The notes beneath the pieces were generated by a model that searched no databases, had not been told where the DNA came from, and saw nothing but the letters and a program-made list of their open reading frames with translations. A DNA stretch of 64,000 nucleotides. It comes from Bacteroides sp. GTDB lineage: Bacteria > Bacteroidota > Bacteroidia > Bacteroidales > UBA7960. The translations under genes were made by a program, and so were the position numbers. The stretch spans positions 20,053 through 84,052 of the forward strand of contig JAZBOS010000021.1 of NCBI GenBank assembly GCA_036351255.1. Direction: 5' to 3'. Shown here piece after piece: positions 1-9,429 of this stretch. The first letter of the stretch is position 1. Each line of letters starts with the position of its first letter.

Positions 1-1078
1 TCCAGCGCGAAAGAATGTCGGTCTGGAAGTTTCCCGAGGATGCCATCAGGCAACTATCAGCAGTTGACATAATGGCCGAAAAATAAGCTGCCATCATTAG
101 CCCCATCAATCCCACAGGGAGAACTGTTCTCAGGAGCAGGGGCAAACCCATTTCAGCATCGATTTCACTGATGGCCGAATAGCCCAGATATTCGAACATT
201 CCCTGTAAAATGGCCACCCTGGCAAATAATCCCAATAGCACGCCCATAAATGCCATAGTCGGCCATTCGAAAAGCCCTGCCACAAACCAGGCTTTCTGAG
301 CTTCACGCCTGTTGCGGGAAGCATAAATGCGCTGATAAAGTGTCATGCCCACAAACCAGATTGGAATGATGGTCACGCCCCAGTTGAGCAATTGCTGCCA
401 GCTAATGTTTCCCAGGCTGAAGAATTGCGGCGGAAGCGCGGCCCGTATTCCCTCCATCCCTCCAACGCTGATGTAACCAATGGGAATCCCAATGAAGATT
501 AACCCTGCCATGAGAATAATCCATTGAACCGTGTCGGTGTAAATCACGGCCTTAATACCTCCCATGGCGGTATAAAGAATGACAATAGCGCCCATGATGA
601 TCAGGGCAGTTTGCATATTAAGCTGAATAAAGGTGGCAGAAGCCAGTTTTGCTCCTGCCAGGATCTGTGAACTGGTAAAACCAAGGTATCCAATGGCAGA
701 AATAACTCCTGCCACCAGCGCCACACGCTTGTTGTAAAAACTGCCAAGGAACTGGGGGAAGGTGTAGAACTTGCGGGTCTGTTCAAGTTTTTTGACCCTT
801 GGAATAAGTAATACTGCACTCAGCCAGGCACCTATCAAGCCGGTAAAAAGCATCCACGAGCCTGCCAGGCCCATGATAAATCCCAGGCCTCCCAATCCAA
901 TGGAGAATCCTCCGCCCACATCGGTGGCAACCACCGATAAACCTATATGCCAACTGCCGATCTTACGGCCACCAACATAATAGTCCTCCACTCCCTGGTT
1001 CAGTAGAAGAAACCGGACACCAATCCCAATGACTACCAGCATATATGCAGAAAACACCAGGATGTCAATAAAATGCAT
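1..1078 (-). CDS. Sodium:solute symporter (SSF) family transporter, N-terminal 359 aa; C-terminus lies beyond window start
   Basis: Absent from the ORF track because it is open at the window edge. My minus-strand translation from the ATG (1078-1076) gives [25 protein letters not shown]...[35 protein letters not shown]...[18 protein letters not shown]... It is uninterrupted to position 1, has many TM helices and shows SSF-like blocks. Confidence 0.8.
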   Translation of the reverse strand, partial: MHFIDILVFSAYMLVVIGIGVRFLLLNQGVEDYYVGGRKIGSWHIGLSVVATDVGGGFSIGLGGLGFIMGLAGSWMLFTGLIGAWLSAVLLIPRVKKLEQTRKFYTFPQFLGSFYNKRVALVAGVISAIGYLGFTSSQILAGAKLASATFIQLNMQTALIIMGAIVILYTAMGGIKAVIYTDTVQWIILMAGLIFIGIPIGYISVGGMEGIRAALPPQFFSLGNISWQQLLNWGVTIIPIWFVGMTLYQRIYASRNRREAQKAWFVAGLFEWPTMAFMGVLLGLFARVAILQGMFEYLGYSAISEIDAEMGLPLLLRTVLPVGLMGLMMAAYFSAIMSTADSCLMASSGNFQTDILSRW

Positions 1079-1225
1079 TGAGTTTTTTTACAGGTGATTA
1101 AGGATGCAAATGTACTAAAAATATATGTAAAAAACAAAATTAATATCCTAAATAATTGAAATACAATAATTAAGGAAAATGTATAATCAAAAATAATTTA
1201 TTTAAAAAAAGGATTTTTTTTCCTT

Positions 1226-1233
1226 TAATTTTG
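1226..1233 (+). promoter_or_regulatory. Bacteroidota-type -7 promoter box (TAATTTTG)
   Basis: Matches the TAnnTTTG consensus in an AT-rich intergenic region, 14 nt upstream of ATG 1248. Confidence 0.45.
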
Positions 1234-1247
1234 CCTGAAAAAGGACA

Positions 1248-2216
1248 ATGGATTTTCCGTGGGGTAACCGGAGGCGTTTCAATTCCTGGGCCGATCAATG
1301 CCGGCAGATGTATGGAAGCCGTTTGCAGCGGGTTTCCATTCATGCGGGTTTCAGTTGCCCCAACAGGGATGGGACCATTGGTTTGGGAGGTTGCGCCTTC
1401 TGCAACAATGAAGCCTTCAGCCCGTCCTACTGCCAGACAGGATTGTCGGTGACTGCCCAGATCGATCGGGGGCTTGCTTTCCTTAAAAAACGCTACAAAA
1501 ACCCGGAGATTTTTCTTGCCTATTTCCAAGCCTACACCAATACTCACGCCTCGCTAGACAATCTGAAAGCACTATATGGGGAAGCCTTGTCTCATCCAGA
1601 GATCAGGGGTTTGGCTATTGGTACCCGCCCCGATTGCATTGACGAAGAGAAACTGGATTATTTTGCAGCCTTGTCGCGCGATAGGTTTATCTCTATTGAA
1701 TATGGCATAGAGTCCTGTCATAATGCCACATTGGAACGGGTCAACCGTGGGCATACCTTCGAAGATTCAGTAAGGGCTATTGAAATGACTGCCTCCAAAG
1801 GTTTGCATACCGGTGCGCACCTGATATTTGGCCTTCCCGGAGAGACGCGCGAACAGATGCTGTCGCAGGCTAAAACCCTTTCAGCACTGCCCCTGAATTC
1901 ATTGAAGTTTCACCAGCTTCAGATCGTCAGAGATACCCCCATGGCGGATGAATATAAAGGGTATCCGGAACATTTTCAGCTTTTTTCTCTTGAATCGTAT
2001 GTGGAATTCATCGTGTCGTTTATTGAACGCCTCAGGCCGGATATCAGCCTCGAGCGGCTTTCGGGCGAAGTACCCCCACCTTTCCAGGTAAGCCCCGGAT
2101 GGGGTAAGGTCAGGAGTGACCACATCATATCCATGATTGAGGCAAAGCTGGAAGAGAAGGATACCTGGCAGGGGAAGTTATGGGGAAAACAGGCAGTTGA
2201 AATAGGCCATACATAA
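1248..2216 (+). CDS. Radical SAM protein, TIGR01212 (YhcC-like) family
   Basis: 322-aa ORF. The N-terminal block RVSIHAGFSCPNRDGTIGLGGCAFCNN is typical of this radical-SAM subfamily, and a TIM-barrel-like remainder follows. Confidence 0.75.
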   Translation: MDFPWGNRRRFNSWADQCRQMYGSRLQRVSIHAGFSCPNRDGTIGLGGCAFCNNEAFSPSYCQTGLSVTAQIDRGLAFLKKRYKNPEIFLAYFQAYTNTHASLDNLKALYGEALSHPEIRGLAIGTRPDCIDEEKLDYFAALSRDRFISIEYGIESCHNATLERVNRGHTFEDSVRAIEMTASKGLHTGAHLIFGLPGETREQMLSQAKTLSALPLNSLKFHQLQIVRDTPMADEYKGYPEHFQLFSLESYVEFIVSFIERLRPDISLERLSGEVPPPFQVSPGWGKVRSDHIISMIEAKLEEKDTWQGKLWGKQAVEIGHT

Positions 2217-2234
2217 TAGTAAAATAGAAGTCTT

Positions 2235-2804
2235 ATGAGAATCTGCGTTTTTTGCTCTTCAAGTAATTTTCTGGATGAAAGGTTTTATGAGGAAGCCCGC
2301 CTGCTGGGGACCCTCATCGGGAAAGAGAAGTTTAAATTAGTCTATGGTGGTACCCATGTTGGCTTAATGGGGGCACTTGCCCTTGCAGTCAAAGAGGAGA
2401 AGGGGCTTATCACCGGGGTCATTCCCCAACTGATTTTTAATAAGGGGATTGCTTATGATGGTGTTGATGAACTTATTGTTACCCGCGATTTGCGCGAAAG
2501 GAAAGCCACCATGGAAAGGATTTCCGATGCTTTTATTGCCCTTCCTGGTGGATTTGGCACCCTGGAGGAATTTTTTGAATTGGTGACCCTTAAACAATTA
2601 CAGGTTCATTTTAAACCTTTGGTGATCATCAATACCCTGGGTTATTTTGATGAACTGATTGTCTTTTTCGAGCGCCTGTTCAAGGAGCGCTTTGCCTCCG
2701 ATCGATTTAGAAATCTAATATATGTTGCTGATAATCCGGCAAAATCTCTTCAATATATCTCCGAATATAAACCAGAATTTATTGCAGATAAATGGACTCC
2801 GTAG
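2235..2804 (+). CDS. LOG family protein (TIGR00730; cytokinin riboside 5-prime-monophosphate phosphoribohydrolase-like)
   Basis: 189 aa. Carries the VYGGTHVGLMG and PGGFGTLEE motifs characteristic of LOG / lysine-decarboxylase-like proteins. Confidence 0.8.
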   Translation: MRICVFCSSSNFLDERFYEEARLLGTLIGKEKFKLVYGGTHVGLMGALALAVKEEKGLITGVIPQLIFNKGIAYDGVDELIVTRDLRERKATMERISDAFIALPGGFGTLEEFFELVTLKQLQVHFKPLVIINTLGYFDELIVFFERLFKERFASDRFRNLIYVADNPAKSLQYISEYKPEFIADKWTP

Positions 2805-2850
2805 GAAGAAAATAATGTGGTTAAAAAGAATAACATAATGAAAAAATATC

Positions 2851-2858
2851 TATATTTG
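2851..2858 (+). promoter_or_regulatory. Bacteroidota-type -7 promoter box (TATATTTG)
   Basis: TAnnTTTG match 73 nt upstream of ATG 2932. Confidence 0.4.
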
Positions 2859-2931
2859 TAAAGGTGAACGACTTATTTAGGAGGTAAAATCATCCCCATG
2901 TGCAGGATAAGTCTCTAAAGCGGGAGGTATC

Positions 2932-3864
2932 ATGAGCCACGCGAGAAACAAAATTCTTGTTCCTGTTGACTTCGGAGAACAGGCCGAGGTCGTTCTTGAA
3001 CAGTCCTATCCCATTGCCCGGGTGTTTGATGCCGAGATCCTTATGCTATTTGTTATTGAGGATGAAGCCGGATTCAGCAAGCTGATCTCTCCTGATGAAT
3101 ACCTCAACCGCTTAATGCACCAGGCCAAAAAACAATTTGATCAGATCGACCAACTGGTGGCTCGTTCAGGCAAAGGAACCAGTATCCCCATTTCTTATAT
3201 CATAAAAAAAGGCAAAGTTTACGATAAGATCATTGAAACCGCTCTTGAGCAGGATGTCATTCTGATTATTATGGGGCGGGATGCCGGTGACACCAAACGC
3301 GTCCGTCGCTTTATGGGCAGTAATACCTTTAATGTGGTGCGTGAAGCCAATTGCCCAGTGATCACACTGAAGGGCGACAAAGTTTATACGGCATTCCGTA
3401 ACATCCTTGTCCCCATCGACCTCACAGGGCAAACGAAGAAACAGGTTCAGAAAGCATTGGAATTTGGTACCTTTTTTGGCGCAACGATTCACCTCCTTTC
3501 GGTCATGTCAGGAGAAGGAAAAATAAGGAAGCTTAAGAAAAATGTCCAGATCAACCAGGTCAGGAATGCCATCGAACGCCACGGGGTGAAATGCACCAGT
3601 GAAATCCTGATTGGGATAGGGCAAGATATTCCTCATGATATTTGTCAGGTTGCCAGACGCATAGAGGCAGATATGGTCATCATCATGACCCAGCAAAAAA
3701 AGAATTTCCCGAAGTTCTTTGTTGGATCCATTGCCCAGGAGATCATTTTTCAGGCTTGCGTACCGGTGCTGAGCATTACTCCGAAGGCAGAATTTAATCC
3801 AAAGGTAATCACTTCCTTTATCGATCCTTTGAACGTAATGAATACCAAGCAAGATAAGGAATAA
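2932..3864 (+). CDS. Universal stress protein, tandem UspA-domain type
   Basis: 310 aa with two USP-like halves (ILVPVDFGEQ... and NILVPIDLTGQ...). Each half ends in a conserved block (NCPVITLK in the first, CVPVLSI in the second). Confidence 0.75.
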   Translation: MSHARNKILVPVDFGEQAEVVLEQSYPIARVFDAEILMLFVIEDEAGFSKLISPDEYLNRLMHQAKKQFDQIDQLVARSGKGTSIPISYIIKKGKVYDKIIETALEQDVILIIMGRDAGDTKRVRRFMGSNTFNVVREANCPVITLKGDKVYTAFRNILVPIDLTGQTKKQVQKALEFGTFFGATIHLLSVMSGEGKIRKLKKNVQINQVRNAIERHGVKCTSEILIGIGQDIPHDICQVARRIEADMVIIMTQQKKNFPKFFVGSIAQEIIFQACVPVLSITPKAEFNPKVITSFIDPLNVMNTKQDKE

Positions 3865-3957
3865 ACTGTTTTTTTTAGATTATTTTGCCCTGGGCCCTGA
3901 AGATTTCCCTCATTTTTTTTATTTTTATAAGTTTTTTTAAACCAAATCCCAAATTGG

Positions 3958-4854
3958 ATGACTGATTCTTCCCGTTATCATATCCTTGTTCCCACAGACC
4001 TTACCGAGGTTTCCAATTATTCCATAGACCATGCAACAGAAATTGCCCGAATATTCAATCATAAGATTGTCTTGCTGCACGTTGTGAGCAAAAATGTGCT
4101 GGGGACTCCCAAGGAAGAGCAAATCACCCAAAAACTTAAAGAGAACATAAAGCTTATCCAAAGCCGCGCCGCGCTTAATGTAAGCTACCTGATAGAAGAG
4201 GGAAGCATTTTTAACACCATCAGTGAGGTAGCTGACCGGATCAGGGCAGAGTTTATTGTCATGGGTATCCATGGCAAGAAAGGGGTTCAGCACCTGATGG
4301 GGAGTTATGCCTATAAGGTGGTTTGCAGTGCCAATGTGCCTGTGATGGTGGTTAAACACCTTCATCATCACGTGGGTTATAAAAATATTGTTTTACCCAT
4401 TGATTTCATGCAGGAGAGCACCCAGAAAATCCTGAAAGCCGTCAGGTTTTCCAATTATTTTGGAGCATCCATCCGGGTCTTCGGATTTCTGGGGACCCGT
4501 AATAAGGCCACAATTTTTCAAAAGGAAGCTTTATTGAAAAAGGTGAAAGACACTTTTGCAGATCTCGGCGTGGAGGTCACTACAGACCTTTGTGTAGACC
4601 CTAATAGAGACTGGGCAGAGGCATTAATGCACTTTTCTGATGGGATTGATGCAGATCTTATTCTGATTGTGGCTGAAAAAGACATCCAGGTCCCCGATAT
4701 TTTTTCATCAAATTCCACTGAACGGATCATTGATAAGGCCGATGTGCCTGTTCTAACCGTTGTTCCGAGTCCTGATGACGGGGATTCTGAAAATGAAAAG
4801 ACCCTCACGGTCCGTTCTTTTATTGACCCCTTGGGATTAACCGAAAAAAGGTAG
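3958..4854 (+). CDS. Universal stress protein, tandem UspA-domain type (paralog)
   Basis: 298 aa with two USP halves (HILVPTDLTEVS... and NIVLPIDFMQES...; VPVMVV and VPVLTV). Paralogous to 2932-3864 and 42462-43313. Confidence 0.75.
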   Translation: MTDSSRYHILVPTDLTEVSNYSIDHATEIARIFNHKIVLLHVVSKNVLGTPKEEQITQKLKENIKLIQSRAALNVSYLIEEGSIFNTISEVADRIRAEFIVMGIHGKKGVQHLMGSYAYKVVCSANVPVMVVKHLHHHVGYKNIVLPIDFMQESTQKILKAVRFSNYFGASIRVFGFLGTRNKATIFQKEALLKKVKDTFADLGVEVTTDLCVDPNRDWAEALMHFSDGIDADLILIVAEKDIQVPDIFSSNSTERIIDKADVPVLTVVPSPDDGDSENEKTLTVRSFIDPLGLTEKR

Positions 4855-4856
4855 CA

Positions 4857-6119
4857 TTATTTTTTTGCTGGTCTGGGTTCGTATACCAGTTTAAATCCTG
4901 TTGACCTCAGGCATTCCCAAAATTTTGGAAAGGATTTACCCACGACTTCCGGATCCCGGATATCAACCTGCCCTTTGACAAGGGCAAGGGGTGCGCAAGC
5001 CATTGCCATACGGTGGTCGTGATAGGTTTGGAAGGTAATCTCCCCTGGCAGCACTGGCCAGGAGGTCTTTCGAAGCTGCCAGATACCTTCTTCACGGGGT
5101 GCAAGGATATATCCAAGTTTGGCGAGTTCTGTCTGCAAGGCTTTGATGCGGTCCGTTTCCTTTAGCGGCAAGGTTTCCAATCCCCTGAACACGGCTTGGA
5201 TATTCCTGCCGGCAAATGCCATGGCCATGGTCTGTGCAAGATCGGGATTTTCATTGAAACCAAAGGAAACAAATTCGGGGTGCCCCCTGGTTTTCTCAGC
5301 TGTTGCTCCTTCTGCCGAAAAAGTAGTTGTAATTCCTAAATGATCGAACCATTGCCAGACGACCTCATCGCCTTGAAGGCTTTCGTTAGATAGCATCGGG
5401 AAGAAGATCTTCCCTTTTTCTGACAGCAGCAAAGCCTCGTAAAAATAGGAAGCGGCCGACCAGTCGGGTTCAATAGTGATGTCCTTTGATTGGTAGAGGC
5501 CAGGGCTGACCTGTATTACGTTACGTTCCCAGCGTGTTTCAATTCCAAAGTAACTCATTAACCCTAAAGTCATTTTAATATATGAAGTGGAAACCGGCTT
5601 GCCTTTCAGGGTGATTTCCAGCCCTTCCTGAAACGTAGGGGCAATAAGCAACAGGCTGGTGATAAACTGGCTGCTGGTATCTGCATCTATGTCGACTTTA
5701 CCTCCAGTGAGCCTCTTTCCTTTGATTTTGAGTGGGGGGAAGCCAGCCTTTCCCTGGTATTCAATATCTGCTCCCAGGTGCTGCAGGGCGCTGACCAGCG
5801 GGCCAATGGGGCGCTCTTTCATCCGTTCGGACCCTGTCAGGTAATAGGTTCCTGGTCTTGTCGCAAGAAAAGCGGTAAGGAAACGCATGGCAGTTCCTGT
5901 ATGGCCAGCATTGATGTCAGGTGTGATGCCAAGGGATTCGAGGGCCCGGGTCAGAATCAGGGTATCTTCAGCATCCGATAAGTTGTGAACATTGAAACCT
6001 TGAACGGATAATGCTCGGATGATCAGCACCCGGTTCGCAATGCTTTTTGAAGCCGGCAAAGATACCTTGCCATTTACAATGTTCCCTTCCGGGGCTGTGA
6101 CTAACAAAAGATTTTCCAT
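4857..6119 (-). CDS. aroA: 3-phosphoshikimate 1-carboxyvinyltransferase (EPSP synthase)
   Basis: 420 aa. Has the LPASKSIANRVLI N-terminal motif and EPSPS-like length and blocks. Adjacent to aroB. Confidence 0.85.
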   Translation of the reverse strand: MENLLLVTAPEGNIVNGKVSLPASKSIANRVLIIRALSVQGFNVHNLSDAEDTLILTRALESLGITPDINAGHTGTAMRFLTAFLATRPGTYYLTGSERMKERPIGPLVSALQHLGADIEYQGKAGFPPLKIKGKRLTGGKVDIDADTSSQFITSLLLIAPTFQEGLEITLKGKPVSTSYIKMTLGLMSYFGIETRWERNVIQVSPGLYQSKDITIEPDWSAASYFYEALLLSEKGKIFFPMLSNESLQGDEVVWQWFDHLGITTTFSAEGATAEKTRGHPEFVSFGFNENPDLAQTMAMAFAGRNIQAVFRGLETLPLKETDRIKALQTELAKLGYILAPREEGIWQLRKTSWPVLPGEITFQTYHDHRMAMACAPLALVKGQVDIRDPEVVGKSFPKFWECLRSTGFKLVYEPRPAKK

Positions 6120-6128
6120 GATGCAGGC

Positions 6129-7211
6129 TTACTGATCCTGAAGGATCTCTTTCAACTCCACCAGAACACTAATTATATCCTCTTCGCTGCATTCTTGACC
6201 AGTGATGACCTGTCCTGGTCGTCGCAACAGGCTGAAACCTGGAATGCCTCGCTGGCTCTTTTTATCGTGCTGAACAAATTCCATGACTGAATGGATGGAA
6301 GCCTCAGTAAAGTCATAATACACAGCAAAATCAAAGAGAGCCGAAAGGATTTCTTCCACATAAGTCTCGTCAAGGAGGTTCATCCTTTCGGACAGGAGGA
6401 TTTCACCCATCATCCCCAGGATGACAGCTTCACCGTGTAAGAGGGGATTTGCGTCGTTCAGCAGAGAATAAGTCTCAAAGGCGTGGCCTAAAGTATGGCC
6501 GAAATTAAGGGATTTCCGGATATTCCGTTCCAGGGGATCGCGTTGGACAATGTCAGACTTGATCTCCACCGAGATCCTGATCTGCTCTGAGGTGACATTT
6601 TCCGGGCCGCCTTCAGCAAGTTCCTTGAAAAAGGAATATTCTGAGATAAGCCCGTGCTTAAGCATTTCTGAGAAGCCATTGTTGAGGTCCCTTTCGGGCA
6701 AGGTTTGGAGGAACTCCGTGTCGATAAATACAGCCAGGGGCTGTGCAAAAGTGCCAATAACATTTTTAATACCGTGGAGGTCGATTCCCGTTTTTCCACC
6801 AATACTGGCATCAGCCATGGCCATAAGGCTGGTCGGGACATGAACAAATCGAATGCCCCTTTTAAAAACAGAGGCGGCGAATCCGCCCAGATCGCAAACA
6901 ACTCCACCTCCCAGGTTTATTAATACCGAATTCCTGTCGGCAAGCTTGTCGGTCAAAATCTCCCAAACCGATTGACAGGTTTCCAGGTTCTTGTGCTTCT
7001 CTCCTGCAGGAACTTCAATAACCTTGAGGGGAAACCCATCGGGGAGTTTTTTGCGCAACAAGGGAAGGCAATGTTCACGTGTGTTCTGATCTGTTAACAC
7101 AAAAACAGATTCCCCTGACTTCACATGGAAATCGAGAAACTTTGCAAAATACTTTTCTTCCTTGCTTTCGAAGAATACTGGATGGTTCAGCATGCGTTCT
7201 TCTTGACTCAT
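6129..7211 (-). CDS. aroB: 3-dehydroquinate synthase
   Basis: Carries the GGGVVCDLGGFAASVF nucleotide-binding motif and HGEAVILGM metal ligands. The ORF track starts at GTG 7283. I prefer ATG 7211 (MSQEERML...) because a TATATTTG -7 box lies at 7236-7229 between the two candidate starts. Confidence 0.85.
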   Translation of the reverse strand: MSQEERMLNHPVFFESKEEKYFAKFLDFHVKSGESVFVLTDQNTREHCLPLLRKKLPDGFPLKVIEVPAGEKHKNLETCQSVWEILTDKLADRNSVLINLGGGVVCDLGGFAASVFKRGIRFVHVPTSLMAMADASIGGKTGIDLHGIKNVIGTFAQPLAVFIDTEFLQTLPERDLNNGFSEMLKHGLISEYSFFKELAEGGPENVTSEQIRISVEIKSDIVQRDPLERNIRKSLNFGHTLGHAFETYSLLNDANPLLHGEAVILGMMGEILLSERMNLLDETYVEEILSALFDFAVYYDFTEASIHSVMEFVQHDKKSQRGIPGFSLLRRPGQVITGQECSEEDIISVLVELKEILQDQ

Positions 7212-7228
7212 GGCTGCCAAATTTTTAA

Positions 7229-7236
7229 CAAATATA
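7229..7236 (-). promoter_or_regulatory. Bacteroidota-type -7 promoter box (TATATTTG on minus strand) for aroB-aroA
   Basis: The reverse complement of caaatata is TATATTTG, 17 nt upstream of ATG 7211. Confidence 0.45.
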
Positions 7237-7319
7237 TTATAACTGCCAAATCTTTTACAATTTATACATTTATTTTCAAACACTTTCTTATTGTGTTATT
7301 TTTCCGCTTAGGAATTCCT

Positions 7320-7327
7320 TAATTTTG
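7320..7327 (+). promoter_or_regulatory. Bacteroidota-type -7 promoter box (TAATTTTG)
   Basis: TAnnTTTG match 17 nt upstream of ATG 7345. Divergent from the aroB promoter. Confidence 0.45.
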
Positions 7328-7344
7328 CAGCAAATTTTTTTTCT

Positions 7345-8514
7345 ATGTTCGCATTTGATAATACCCGTGTCGCTTTTCACGACAAGAGCAATTGGGAGCT
7401 GAAAAAAGCTTACTGGCTTTTCCGTTTGATTGGGAATCCCTGGCTGGTTAAGATTGGTGCAGGGTTTACCCGTTTTGCTCTTTCAGCCAAACTGCCGATA
7501 AGCTGGGCCCTTAAACCGACAGTGTTCAGCCACTTTTGCGGGGGTGAAACCATTGATTCATGTGATGCCACCATTGAACGACTGGGAAGATCTAAGATAA
7601 AAACCATACTTGATTATTCCGCCGAGGGCAAGGAACGGGATGAGGACTTTGATTATACCCGAGATCAGATTCTGGCCACCATGGACAAGGCACTGACAAA
7701 TCCCTACATTCCTTATGCAGTATTCAAACCTACAGGTGTTGCCCGTTTTGCCTTGTTGGAAAAGGTACAGGCTGGAGAAAGCCTGAACGAAGATGAAAAG
7801 AAGGAGTGGGATCGGGTCAGGGGACGGGTTCTTAAAATTTGCCAGCGTTCCCATGATTCGAAAATCCCCGTAATGGTAGATGCTGAGGAAACCTGGATCC
7901 AAAATATCATTGATGAACTGGTTGAGGAAATGATCTTCCGTTTCAACCGCGAAAAGCCCTTAATATACAATACGCTTCAGATGTACCGGCACGACCGCCT
8001 GGATTACCTGAAAGACCTGAACAGGCGTGCAAGGGAAAAAGGTGTGTTTACAGCAGTGAAGCTGGTGCGTGGGGCATATATGGAAAAGGAAAGAGAACGT
8101 GCTGCTGAAAAAGGCTATCCCTCGCCAATATATTCCGATAAGCAAGGTACAGATAAGGGTTATGATGATGCTGTGGCTTATTGCATTGAAAATGTAAAGG
8201 ATGTTGCCGTGTGTATTGGTACCCATAATGAAATAAGTTGTCAAAAAGGTGCAGAGAAAATGATCAGTTTGGGTGTGCCCAAAAACCATCCGCATATTTC
8301 CTTTTCCCAGCTGTTGGGGATGAGCGACCAAATCAGTTATAATATGGCTGCTGAAGATTTCAATGTGACCAAGTATATACCTTATGGGCCTGTCAAAACC
8401 GTGGTGCCTTATCTCATCAGACGGGCTGAAGAGAATACCTCTGTTGCCGGGCAGACTTCAAGGGAGCTCCTGTTATTGGGCACCGAACTGGAAAGGAGAA
8501 AAAAGAGTCAATAG
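7345..8514 (+). CDS. Proline dehydrogenase family protein
   Basis: 389 aa. The C-terminal block FSQLLGMSDQISYNM...YIPYGPVKTVVPYLIRRAEENTS is typical of monofunctional proline dehydrogenases. Confidence 0.75.
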   Translation: MFAFDNTRVAFHDKSNWELKKAYWLFRLIGNPWLVKIGAGFTRFALSAKLPISWALKPTVFSHFCGGETIDSCDATIERLGRSKIKTILDYSAEGKERDEDFDYTRDQILATMDKALTNPYIPYAVFKPTGVARFALLEKVQAGESLNEDEKKEWDRVRGRVLKICQRSHDSKIPVMVDAEETWIQNIIDELVEEMIFRFNREKPLIYNTLQMYRHDRLDYLKDLNRRAREKGVFTAVKLVRGAYMEKERERAAEKGYPSPIYSDKQGTDKGYDDAVAYCIENVKDVAVCIGTHNEISCQKGAEKMISLGVPKNHPHISFSQLLGMSDQISYNMAAEDFNVTKYIPYGPVKTVVPYLIRRAEENTSVAGQTSRELLLLGTELERRKKSQ

Positions 8515-8595
8515 GATTAGTCTCTCATTTCCCGGGGTGAATTCGGGAAGGAAGGAATCGAATTTTTCTGAATATCCGATAGGCCCAAAAATCGC

Positions 8596-9411
8596 TTAGT
8601 TGGGCCTGGGATTAATTCTTCTCTGCCTGACCGCCTCAAAGGTAACAATGGCCACAGAAGCGGAGACGTTCAGTGAGTCTATTATTCCTCCCATAGGGAT
8701 TCTTATCACGCGATCAGCCTCCTTGAGCCAGTCTTTGCTCAGGCCTTTGTCTTCTGCGCCAAAAGCAATGGCAGCAGGTTCTGAGAAATCCACATCGAAA
8801 TAGAGATGGGCAGTATCTGGCGATGAAGAATAATATGGAATGCCCCTTTCCTTCAGCCATTCAATGGCTTGCTTGCTGCTGCACTCAACAATCGTCTGAC
8901 TGAACACACAACCCAGGCTAGCCCGGATGGCATTGGGATTGTAAAGGTCAGTCCTTGAATCACAAAAAAATATGGCCTCAACGCCTGCAGCATCTGTGGT
9001 CCTGAGTATTGCTCCCAGGTTCCCGGGCTTTTCTACCCCTTCAAGGATTATGATCAGGGGATTTTCTGAAGGTTTATAATCTTCCAAATGCAACGGTTGA
9101 CCCTTCCCCAGCATAAGAATTCCTTCAACCCCTTCGCGATAAGCGATTTTTCGATAAACGGAATCGGAAACCTCAAAAATCAGGTTGTCATCCAGGCTTT
9201 TAATGTCAATGGGATAATTAGGATCAGGCACATAGAGTTCCGGGCATACGATCAGCTTTTCCACAACAATGCCATGCCGTAAGGCCAGTGATACCTCGCG
9301 GCGGCCTTCCACCAAAAAAGTACCGGTGCTTTTCCGCTCGTTTGCTTTCTGCTGAAGCTTAACGAGGCTTTTTACCAGGGGGTTCTGTAGACTGCTGATA
9401 TGGGTTCGCAT
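8596..9411 (-). CDS. TrmH/SpoU family RNA 2-prime-O-methyltransferase
   Basis: 271 aa. SPOUT motifs EGVEKPGNLGAILRT and IPMGGIIDSLNVSASVAIV are present. Confidence 0.8.
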   Translation of the reverse strand: MRTHISSLQNPLVKSLVKLQQKANERKSTGTFLVEGRREVSLALRHGIVVEKLIVCPELYVPDPNYPIDIKSLDDNLIFEVSDSVYRKIAYREGVEGILMLGKGQPLHLEDYKPSENPLIIILEGVEKPGNLGAILRTTDAAGVEAIFFCDSRTDLYNPNAIRASLGCVFSQTIVECSSKQAIEWLKERGIPYYSSSPDTAHLYFDVDFSEPAAIAFGAEDKGLSKDWLKEADRVIRIPMGGIIDSLNVSASVAIVTFEAVRQRRINPRPN

Positions 9412-9429
9412 ATATATAAATTCTTGCCG

